In this document: positions 39,744 to 47,963 of the stretch, piece by piece
Layout of the letters: each line of letters opens with the position of its first letter
Numbering within the stretch: position 1 is the first letter of the stretch
NCBI GenBank assembly: GCA_036648455.1
Contig: JAVXIH010000001.1
Span: 1-52,061, forward strand
Source: Mucinivorans sp.
GTDB taxonomy: Bacteria > Bacteroidota > Bacteroidia > Bacteroidales > Rikenellaceae
Length of the DNA: 52,061 nucleotides
Direction: 5' to 3'
The notes under the pieces: generated by a model
What the model was told of the DNA's origin: nothing
Database searches by the model: none
Seen by the model: the letters and a program-made list of their open reading frames with translations, nothing else
Position numbers and translations under genes: made by a program

Positions 39744-39765
39744 TCTGACAAAATATTCTGGAACT

Positions 39766-40740
39766 ATGCTCTATCCACTAAAATTCAAACCCCTATTCAA
39801 AGAGCGCCTTTGGGGTGCGCGTAAATTAGAAACCATTTTAGGTAAGCACCTACCACCCGAAGAGTTGATCGGCGAAAGTTGGGAACTCTCGGGCGTGGAA
39901 GGGGATGTGTCGGTGGTCAAAAACGGTAATCTGAAAGGAAATTCCCTCGAAGAATTAACCGAAATTTATATGGGCGACCTGGTTGGCGATTCAGTTTTCG
40001 ATAACTTCGGTATCGAATTTCCGTTGCTCATCAAACTCATCGATGCCAACGACAATTTGTCGATCCAAGTCCACCCCAACGATGCGCTCTCGATGGAACG
40101 ACACAAGGCGTGGGGCAAGACCGAAATGTGGTATGTGATGGATCACGAGCCTGGCGCTTCGCTTTATCTAGGTTTCAATCAACCTGTTACGCGTGAGAAA
40201 TATCTAGAATATCTTAATTCTGGGCGGATCGAAGAGTTGCTTAATCGATATGAAGTGCACCGCGGAGATACATTTTTTATTCCCGCTGGGGCTATTCACG
40301 CCATCGGGCGCGGGTTGCTGGTGGCCGAAATTCAACAAACATCCGACATCACCTATCGCGTTTATGACTTTAATCGAGTGGACAGCCAGGGCAAGGCGCG
40401 CGAATTGCATACCGATCTGGCGCTCGACGCTATCGATTTCACCGAACGTCACGATTACCAAGTCACCAAAACGGCTGTCACAGGCAAGGCGGTTGGTATC
40501 CAATCGTGCAAATATTTTGCTTCGTCCATCACCTCGATTGATGGCTCGTTGACACGTGATTATGCGCTTACCGACTCCTTTGTGATCTATATTTGCACCG
40601 AAGGGCAACTCACCATTGAGTGCGAAAACGGAGGCAAAGAAAGTATCAAATGTGGCGAAACAGTGCTCATCCCTGCGGCCATCGACTCTCTGACCATCAA
40701 GGGCAAAGGAGTGGTGCTCGAATGTTACGTACCAGCCTAA
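39766..40740 (+). CDS. manA: Type I mannose-6-phosphate isomerase; probable ATG at 39766
   Basis: GESWELS, PLLIKLIDA, LSIQVHP, GKTEMW, PAGAIHA, EIQQTSD. Confidence 0.93.
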   Translation: MLYPLKFKPLFKERLWGARKLETILGKHLPPEELIGESWELSGVEGDVSVVKNGNLKGNSLEELTEIYMGDLVGDSVFDNFGIEFPLLIKLIDANDNLSIQVHPNDALSMERHKAWGKTEMWYVMDHEPGASLYLGFNQPVTREKYLEYLNSGRIEELLNRYEVHRGDTFFIPAGAIHAIGRGLLVAEIQQTSDITYRVYDFNRVDSQGKARELHTDLALDAIDFTERHDYQVTKTAVTGKAVGIQSCKYFASSITSIDGSLTRDYALTDSFVIYICTEGQLTIECENGGKESIKCGETVLIPAAIDSLTIKGKGVVLECYVPA

Positions 40741-40850
40741 GCGGCTTACAAGTTTTTTACTCTTCGATCAACAAACAATCAAATAATTTTGTTTAGTTTG
40801 TAGAATCGGAAAATTATTTTTATATTTAGGGTCTAAAACACCTTTGAATC

Positions 40851-43004
40851 ATGAAAAATTACCAAACTTCTGACATCAAGAACATCGTCCTGCTTGGACA
40901 CTCAGGTAGCGGCAAGACAACACTAGCCGAAGCAATGGCCTATGAAGGCAAAGTGGTCGAACGCCGCGGAACAGTAGAAACCGAGAGTACACTATCTGAT
41001 TATTCAGATGTGGAGCACCTATACAAACGCTCTATTTTTTCGACATTGCTCTATACCGAATATCTAGATCACAAACTAAATATTATAGACACGCCAGGTT
41101 CTGATGATTTTTGTGGAGCTTTGTTTTCGAGCTTCAAAGTGGCAGACGTTGGGGTGTTGCTCGTCAATGCGCAAAATGGCTTCGAGGTCGGCACCGAGAT
41201 CCAAGCTCGTTACGCTCGTCGCCACGAAAAACCGGTCATCATTGCCGTCAATGCGCTCGACAGCGAGAAGGCTCAGTGGGATTCAACTCTCGAATCGATA
41301 TTTGTCAGTTCGGAAGCCAAGCCAGTAGTGGTTCAATATCCGTTGAATCCAGGGCCTGATTTCGACTCGTTCATCGATGTGCTGATGATGAAAATGTATC
41401 GTTTCAAGGGCGATACTGGGGTGCGCGATGAATTTGATATTCCCGAAAGCGAGATGGCACGTGCGGCCGAATTGCACAATACACTAGTGGAGGCGGCGGC
41501 CGAAAATGACGAGGCGCTGATGGAACTTTATTTCGAAAAAGGGACTCTCACCCAAGACGAAATGCGTTCTGGATTGAAGGTGGGTCTGGCCAATCGCGAT
41601 TTGGTTCCTGTTTTCTGTCTGTCGGCCAAGAAAGATATTGGGGTCAAACGTTTGATGGAATTTATTATCAACGTAGCTCCTGGGCCCAAAAAAGCACCTA
41701 ATTTCCGCACCCAAGCTGGTGGCGAAGTCGAGGCTAATAGTGAGGCTGCGACATCAATTTTTGTGTTCAAAACAGCTGCCGAACCGCACTTGGGCGAGGT
41801 CTGCTTCTTCCGCGTGATCAGCGGTATTGTCAAGGAAGGCGACGAACTGACCAACCAAACCACGGGGCAAAAAGAGAAAATCACTCAATTGTATACCATT
41901 GCTGGCAAAAACCGCACCAAGGTCACCCAACTAGAAGCGGGCGATCTGGGTTGCACCGTGAAACTCAAATCAACCAAGGTCAACCATACGCTAAATTCGG
42001 GCACCGCCGACTGGAAAATCAACCTTATCGGCTTCCCTGCACCGCGTTATCGTTGCGCTGTGAAGGCCAAAGTACAAACAGATGAAGAAAAAATGACCGA
42101 CCTACTGCTCAAAGCAGGCAGCGATGATCCAACGATCTTGATCGAATATTCTAAAGAATTGAAGCAAAGTATTTTGCAAGGCCAAGGCGAGCATCACCTC
42201 AATATTTTGAAGTGGCAGCTCTCTAATTTGAACAAAGTAGACATCGAATTTTTCCAACCGCGCATTTCGTATCGCGAAACGATCACCAAGATGGCGGCCG
42301 CTTCGTATCGCCACAAAAAACAATCTGGTGGCGCGGGGCAATTCGGTGAAGTGTCGCTCATCATCGAGCCTTATGTGGAGGGAATGTCCACCACGGGCAA
42401 GTATAAAATCGATGGGCGCGACGTGCAACTCAACATCAAATCGACCGAAGCCATTGAGCTTGAATGGGGTGGTAAGTTAGTTTTTTGCTCGGCCATTGTT
42501 GGTGGGGCGATCGATGCTCGTTTTCTGCCTGCGATTTTGAAGGGGATAATGGAAAAGATGGAAGAGGGGCCGCTGACTGGTTCGCGAGCGCGCGACATCA
42601 GGGTGGTGGTCTACGACGGCAAGATGCACCCAGTGGACAGCAACGAGTTGTCGTTCAAGCTCGCAGGGCGCAACGCTTTCAAGGAAGCTTTCCGCAATGC
42701 GGGACCTAAGATTATGGAGCCGATTTATGCCGTTGAGGTGATTGTGCCTTCGGATAAGTTGGGTGATGTGATGAGCGACCTACAAAATCGCCGCGCGATG
42801 ATCGAGGGAATGTCTTCGGACAAAGGGTTCGAACTTCTCACGGCTCGGGTGCCGTTGGCTGAGATGTATCGTTATTCGACCACATTGAGCTCGTTAACAT
42901 CGGGACGTGCTACGTATTCGATGAAGTTTGCTTCATTCGAACAAGTACCTGCCGAGGTTCAGGATAAGTTACTCAAAGCTTACACATCCACCGACGAAGA
43001 TTAG
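40851..43004 (+). CDS. fusA2: Elongation factor G paralog (Bacteroidota EF-G2 type)
   Basis: GHSGSGKT, DTPGSDDF (no switch II His), NALD, HKKQSGGAGQFG, domain IV insert. Confidence 0.88.
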   Translation: MKNYQTSDIKNIVLLGHSGSGKTTLAEAMAYEGKVVERRGTVETESTLSDYSDVEHLYKRSIFSTLLYTEYLDHKLNIIDTPGSDDFCGALFSSFKVADVGVLLVNAQNGFEVGTEIQARYARRHEKPVIIAVNALDSEKAQWDSTLESIFVSSEAKPVVVQYPLNPGPDFDSFIDVLMMKMYRFKGDTGVRDEFDIPESEMARAAELHNTLVEAAAENDEALMELYFEKGTLTQDEMRSGLKVGLANRDLVPVFCLSAKKDIGVKRLMEFIINVAPGPKKAPNFRTQAGGEVEANSEAATSIFVFKTAAEPHLGEVCFFRVISGIVKEGDELTNQTTGQKEKITQLYTIAGKNRTKVTQLEAGDLGCTVKLKSTKVNHTLNSGTADWKINLIGFPAPRYRCAVKAKVQTDEEKMTDLLLKAGSDDPTILIEYSKELKQSILQGQGEHHLNILKWQLSNLNKVDIEFFQPRISYRETITKMAAASYRHKKQSGGAGQFGEVSLIIEPYVEGMSTTGKYKIDGRDVQLNIKSTEAIELEWGGKLVFCSAIVGGAIDARFLPAILKGIMEKMEEGPLTGSRARDIRVVVYDGKMHPVDSNELSFKLAGRNAFKEAFRNAGPKIMEPIYAVEVIVPSDKLGDVMSDLQNRRAMIEGMSSDKGFELLTARVPLAEMYRYSTTLSSLTSGRATYSMKFASFEQVPAEVQDKLLKAYTSTDED

Positions 43005-43050
43005 GATAATTTCGAGCAGGTAGAACAAGCTAGAAAAAATCACAAGAGCC

Positions 43051-43095
43051 TAAAAAAGCTAGAAGCAGTTTGCGAAACTGTTTCTAGCTTTTTAG
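43051..43095. terminator. Bidirectional intrinsic terminator
   Basis: AAAAAGCTAGAAGCAGTTT / AAACTGTTTCTAGCTTTTT hairpin between convergent genes. Confidence 0.85.
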
Positions 43096-43133
43096 TTTTA
43101 TTTTTGCTTGTTGATTTTGCTAGTTGGTTGTGT

Positions 43134-43889
43134 CTAGCAATTACTAGACTGAACCATCCGCCGAATACCATCAATGAAAGTTAATGGATGAGCCGGATGA
43201 CCCGGAATGTATAAATCCGGAGTGTGATGATCCAAAAAAGAACGATCTACCATCGGAGAATCCAAAAACATCCCCCCACTAATGGCATCTGTCCCAACGG
43301 CAATCAATACCCGAGGCGCCGCCATCGCAAGGTATGTCTCGGCCAAAGGCGCCGCCATCTTTGTGGTGATCGGACCAGTGAGAACAACACCGTCTGCGTG
43401 ACGAGGCGAAGCCACAAAATCAATCCCATAACGCCGCATATCGAAATTTACATTGCCAGCCGCATCCAACTCCATCTCGTTAGCCCCATCACCACCAGCC
43501 ACAACAGACCGTAACTTCAAAGCGTGACGGTAGATGGATAACTCGGCACGAGCTACAATGGAAGGCTCCCAATCTTGATCGGCATGAACCACCAACGCCT
43601 CGCGCCGAGTGCAAGCCATACGAAAATCAGTCGAGAAACTGATGTTGTCGGGCGCTAAACGGGCACACGCACCGCAAAATAAACAACGCCCCAAATCAAG
43701 AGTGAAAGGAGAAAAATTAAGCGCCGAGGTAGGGCAAATCTTAGCCAAAGACTCGATGGTTTGACGAGTCAAACCATCTGATTTCAAACGAGGTACACCG
43801 CGAAAGGGCGGCGCAAGAACTACCGCGGAAGGATTTTTAATGGTCTGCTGACCGTGATCAAGCAGCACGCGAAAAGTAGAAAAAATCAT
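43134..43889 (-). CDS. 4Fe-4S ferredoxin domain fused to a degenerate NuoB/HycG-like (group 4 hydrogenase small subunit) domain
   Basis: ICPT...CLFCGAC; FVASPRHADG, TGPIT, DLYIPG. Confidence 0.8.
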   Translation of the reverse strand: MIFSTFRVLLDHGQQTIKNPSAVVLAPPFRGVPRLKSDGLTRQTIESLAKICPTSALNFSPFTLDLGRCLFCGACARLAPDNISFSTDFRMACTRREALVVHADQDWEPSIVARAELSIYRHALKLRSVVAGGDGANEMELDAAGNVNFDMRRYGIDFVASPRHADGVVLTGPITTKMAAPLAETYLAMAAPRVLIAVGTDAISGGMFLDSPMVDRSFLDHHTPDLYIPGHPAHPLTFIDGIRRMVQSSNC

Positions 43890-43893
43890 CTCA

Positions 43894-45102
43894 TTATATG
43901 TTTTTGCCTCGATGTAGAGTGATAATTGTGATTTCTGGTTTGGCTCCGATTCTCATTGGGTAGAGCACAAATCCGATGCCATCATTCACGTAAAGATAGC
44001 GCCCACGATCGACATAAAGTCCTGAGTACATTGGGTATAGCCACTTGGCTGGCGAAAATTTCCAGTTACCTATTTGGATTTTGGCCTGCATCGCGTGTAC
44101 GTGACCCGAGAGGGTGAGGTCGGGGCGAGCCAAGGCGGGCACCGAATCGAAAAGCTTGGGCGAGTGCGAAATTAAGATCGAGAAATTGTCGGCCGTCAAC
44201 CCACGCATCGCACGGCTCAGATCGCTACCCCCGGCGCGCGAATTGTACCCGTTGTGCGATATATTGTTGGGGTAAGTCACCCCAGCAACCATAATACTGT
44301 CGCCCCCACGGTGGATCCACTGATTCTCGTTTTCGAGCACCGTCCAACCCATCGAACGTTGAGCGGCAACCAAATTACGCACTATCCGATCGGGATTGTG
44401 GCTTATGGTGTCGAAAACATAAAAGCCCAAGTCGTGATTGCCAAGCACCGCGTAAACTGGGGAGGCGATGCGCGAAAGAATTTTTTTAATGTCGGGGGTC
44501 AACTCTTCATCGACAATATTGATCAGATCGCCACTTTGAACCACCATATCTGGTTTGAGATCATTGATCTTTGCCACCATCTGCTCGATCACCGTGTGGT
44601 TGTCGCCCCAATTGCCAAGGTGAACATCCGAGAATAGGGCAATCCGCATACCATCAAAGGAGGCGGGTAGCTTGTTGGAATATACAGCTGCTTCTTCTAC
44701 TCTGAGTTCGGTACGCCCGATCACCGCTCCGTAGCTCATCAGCCCCACAACGGTCAAGGCCCCTGCGCCACCAATGTAGGTGAAAAACAGGAATTGCCGT
44801 TCGTTCCACACCGAGTGCAACGCCAATCCAAAGAGCGAAAAAAGGACGAAAACCACGCGCGAAAGCATACTGATCATAAAGACAAAAATCACCCACACCA
44901 CAATATGCATAAACGAGGGGCTGGCGATGGCGTATTTGTAGACAATGGCGAGCGCCAAGACCGAGAGGTTGATCCCGATGGCCATCACGGCATAGCCTAT
45001 ACCAAATTTTCGCCAAGGGCGTGCCCATAAATATCGTCGGAGGATATAAAAATCCAGAGCGATGGAGAGTAAAGTTAACAGAAATATCATCATTGAGATC
45101 AT
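43894..45102 (-). CDS. Membrane-anchored metallophosphoesterase
   Basis: N-terminal TM helices; SDVH, SGD, GNHD, SHSP, SGHVH. Confidence 0.9.
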   Translation of the reverse strand: MISMMIFLLTLLSIALDFYILRRYLWARPWRKFGIGYAVMAIGINLSVLALAIVYKYAIASPSFMHIVVWVIFVFMISMLSRVVFVLFSLFGLALHSVWNERQFLFFTYIGGAGALTVVGLMSYGAVIGRTELRVEEAAVYSNKLPASFDGMRIALFSDVHLGNWGDNHTVIEQMVAKINDLKPDMVVQSGDLINIVDEELTPDIKKILSRIASPVYAVLGNHDLGFYVFDTISHNPDRIVRNLVAAQRSMGWTVLENENQWIHRGGDSIMVAGVTYPNNISHNGYNSRAGGSDLSRAMRGLTADNFSILISHSPKLFDSVPALARPDLTLSGHVHAMQAKIQIGNWKFSPAKWLYPMYSGLYVDRGRYLYVNDGIGFVLYPMRIGAKPEITIITLHRGKNI

Positions 45103-45165
45103 TTTTTCGGGGATTATACATTGGGTTTCAACGGTAATGCTTCGGGGTGGAAATCCAATTTCTTA

Positions 45166-45326
45166 GAAGCTGTTTTAATTTGTTTTCAAAATTTTATTAC
45201 TGCTATTTTTGAGGCTGTTTTTTCGATGATTCGCCGAGATAGTAGTGGGCTACAGATCAAAAATCAGCGGAAAAAGAGGACGAAAAGAGTGGTAATAAAA
45301 TGCTGGAAAGAAATTAAAACAGCTTC
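45166..45326. mobile_element. Family B-ended MITE (161 bp) with a different interior
   Basis: 16-bp perfect TIR GAAGCTGTTTTAATTT; TTA direct repeats at 45163-45165 and 45327-45329. Confidence 0.85.
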
Positions 45327-45342
45327 TTAGAAGCTCCCCCTA

Positions 45343-46656
45343 TTAGTCGCCCACCGGTTCGTAGACACAGCGCACGCATACCACTTCGCTACGGCGTGTG
45401 GTGAGCATCGAGCGGTAGGCTTGCCAATCGGTGATTGGGTTTTGCGCCACACCAGACTCCATAGCCGCACGCGCCACGGCAACCGAAACTTCGGTGATCA
45501 GACGTGGATCGAGTGGTTTGGGAATGAGATTCTCGCGCGAGAAATGTATACTTGGATCGCCATAAGCGCGTATCACATCGGGGTGAGGCTCCATTTTAGC
45601 AACGGCCGACAGAGCATACACGGCAGCGATTTTCATTGCTTCGTTGATCTGGGTGGCTCTCACATCCAACGCTCCGCGGAAGATATAAGGGAAACCGAGC
45701 ACGTTGTTGACTTGATTGGGATAGTCCGAACGACCGGTGGCAAAAATAATATCGGGGCGCGAAGATTGCGCTACTTCGTAGGACACTTCGGGATCGGGAT
45801 TGGCGAGCGCAAAAACGATCGGATCTTTATCCATCGATTGGATCATTTCCCCCGTCAAAATGTCGGCTTTCGAAAGCCCGAGAAACATATCGGCATTCAC
45901 CAGCGCCTCTTGGAGGGTGTGAATATCGCGCGAGGTGGCAAAGGCACGTTTCTCGGGGTTGAGCTTCTCGCGATCGGTGCGGATCACCCCGTGGCTGTCG
46001 AGCATCACCAGATTTTCGCGCCGCGCACCAAGATGGATGTACAGCGAGGCCGATGCGATGGCTGCCGCTCCGGCTCCGTTGACCACGATTTGAATGTCTT
46101 CAATTTTTCGATTGGTTAGTTCCAAAGCCCCCACCAGCGCGGCCGAGGATATGATCGCCGTGCCGTGTTGGTCGTCGTGCATCACGGGGATCGACAACTC
46201 TTCGCGCAGTCGTCGCTCGATCTCGAAACATTCGGGCGATTTGATGTCTTCGAGGTTGATGCCGCCAAAAGTAGGGGCGATGTTACGCACCGTGCGCACA
46301 AATTCATCAATGTCGGTGGCATCGACTTCGATGTCAAAAACATCAATATCCGCCATAATCTTAAAGAGCAAACCCTTGCCCTCCATCACTGGCTTGCCCG
46401 CCAGGGCGCCAATATTACCCAGCCCAAGCACCGCAGTTCCATTACTGATCACGGCCACTAAATTCCCTTTGGCTGTATATTTGTAGGCATCTGATGGATT
46501 TTTCTCGATTTCCAGACAAGGAGCCGCCACACCAGGCGAATAGGCGAGCGACAAATCGTGCTGGTTGGTATAAGGTTTTGTTGGGATAACTTCAATTTTA
46601 CCTGGGCGATGTTCGCTGTGATAGAGCAACGCCGCTTGTTTGAGTGATTCTTTCAT
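45343..46656 (-). CDS. NAD(P)-dependent malic enzyme (MaeB N-terminal module only); probable ATG at 46656
   Basis: [52 protein letters not shown]. Confidence 0.92.
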   Translation of the reverse strand: MKESLKQAALLYHSEHRPGKIEVIPTKPYTNQHDLSLAYSPGVAAPCLEIEKNPSDAYKYTAKGNLVAVISNGTAVLGLGNIGALAGKPVMEGKGLLFKIMADIDVFDIEVDATDIDEFVRTVRNIAPTFGGINLEDIKSPECFEIERRLREELSIPVMHDDQHGTAIISSAALVGALELTNRKIEDIQIVVNGAGAAAIASASLYIHLGARRENLVMLDSHGVIRTDREKLNPEKRAFATSRDIHTLQEALVNADMFLGLSKADILTGEMIQSMDKDPIVFALANPDPEVSYEVAQSSRPDIIFATGRSDYPNQVNNVLGFPYIFRGALDVRATQINEAMKIAAVYALSAVAKMEPHPDVIRAYGDPSIHFSRENLIPKPLDPRLITEVSVAVARAAMESGVAQNPITDWQAYRSMLTTRRSEVVCVRCVYEPVGD

Positions 46657-46674
46657 AATTTTTTCTATATAACG

Positions 46675-46682
46675 CAAATATA
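46675..46682 (-). promoter_or_regulatory. -7 element for the malic enzyme gene
   Basis: TATATTTG on minus strand 18 nt above the ATG at 46656. Confidence 0.5.
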
Positions 46683-46714
46683 TAGTTTTTTTGTCTCTAA
46701 TTTGCAAAAAATAA

Positions 46715-47920
46715 TCAACCTCTTCGTGGGCAACGTTCGAATGGAAGCGTGCGATCGAACAAATAGCGATAGGTGATATGGTGTTTATAACGCGTGGCGC
46801 GCACGTAACTCTCGCACATACGTATCATTACGGGATTGAAGTCGCCGATCCACCCCATCTGCAAATTATCGTATTGCACGCGCGAGGTGGCCTTGCGTTT
46901 GATAATATATTGTTCCAATTGATAAATCAGACCAGCTTCGATGCCTTTGCCCTGATATTCAGCCGCAACGCCAAAGATAAGACCTGATAAACGGGTTATT
47001 TTGTGGGTGCGAATGGAGTAGAGAAGCCTCAATTTTTCGCACAGGCCAAAACGACCGTTGAAAGATTTAACTATCTGATTAATATCGGGTAATATCACAA
47101 AAAAACCAACGGCTAAATCTTTGTGATAAGCCATCATCAACACTTCGGGGTCGATGATAGGGCTCATCTGTCTAATCATTTGTAACGTGCTATCTTCGGT
47201 CAAAGGTTTGACACCCTGAATCTTAGCCCATCCACTGTTGTAGATGTTACAGAAATCGCGCGCCATTTTCAGCTTATTCTTCTTGTCGAATGTGCGAAAC
47301 GAATACTCCGGATTTTCGGCCAAACGCTCGGCCTTGGCCTTCACCGGAGCTGGCAACTCGATGCCAGCGTAAAAGGGACGCAAATAAGTGATCTGATTGA
47401 AATATGGCAGAAAACCGTAATCTTCGAACAGCGCCGCGTAATAGGGTCTGGCATAAGGCATTGCATAGAGCGGTTCGGTGAATCCTTCGGTCAACAAACC
47501 CCACCACTGCATCCGATCGCCAAAATTAATAGGGCCATCCATCGCTTCGATCCCGTGCGCGGCGAGCCATTCACGTGCCGCGTCGAACATCAAACGCGAC
47601 ACGATTGGATTGTCGATTGATTCGAAAAAGCCACACCCGCCCGTGGGCAATGTTTCGAGCGCCACCTTCTCGCGATTGAAAAAAGCCGCCAAGCGCCCCA
47701 CAAACTTATCAGTCGATAGATCGCGTACAATCCAGCGCACAGCCTGGCCACCGCCGCCAATGGTGAAAAGTTGATTGTGCCGCGGATCGAAAATATGTTC
47801 GATGTCACTGACCAATGGTTGCACCCAATGTGGGTCGTTTTTGTAGATGTCACGAGCCAAAGAGTGAAAAAGTTTAATGTGTGAAGCAGTTTTTACCTCG
47901 ATCAATTGAAAATTATTCAT
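46715..47920 (-). CDS. Conserved hypothetical protein, probable GNAT-fold (YghO-like)
   Basis: [37 protein letters not shown] acetyl-CoA-binding-like motif. Confidence 0.7.
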   Translation of the reverse strand: MNNFQLIEVKTASHIKLFHSLARDIYKNDPHWVQPLVSDIEHIFDPRHNQLFTIGGGGQAVRWIVRDLSTDKFVGRLAAFFNREKVALETLPTGGCGFFESIDNPIVSRLMFDAAREWLAAHGIEAMDGPINFGDRMQWWGLLTEGFTEPLYAMPYARPYYAALFEDYGFLPYFNQITYLRPFYAGIELPAPVKAKAERLAENPEYSFRTFDKKNKLKMARDFCNIYNSGWAKIQGVKPLTEDSTLQMIRQMSPIIDPEVLMMAYHKDLAVGFFVILPDINQIVKSFNGRFGLCEKLRLLYSIRTHKITRLSGLIFGVAAEYQGKGIEAGLIYQLEQYIIKRKATSRVQYDNLQMGWIGDFNPVMIRMCESYVRATRYKHHITYRYLFDRTLPFERCPRRG

Positions 47921-47946
47921 ATTTTTGTATCAAGAAGACGAATTTA

Positions 47947-47954
47947 CAAATATA
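47947..47954 (-). promoter_or_regulatory. -7 element for the GNAT-like gene; a divergent TATTTTTG lies at 47920-47927
   Basis: TATATTTG on minus strand. Confidence 0.45.
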
Positions 47955-47963
47955 TTAAAAAAA

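Noticed and set aside
45121-45330. 69-aa ORF (also 32466-32648)
   Set aside because: Derived from repeat elements; no coding signal
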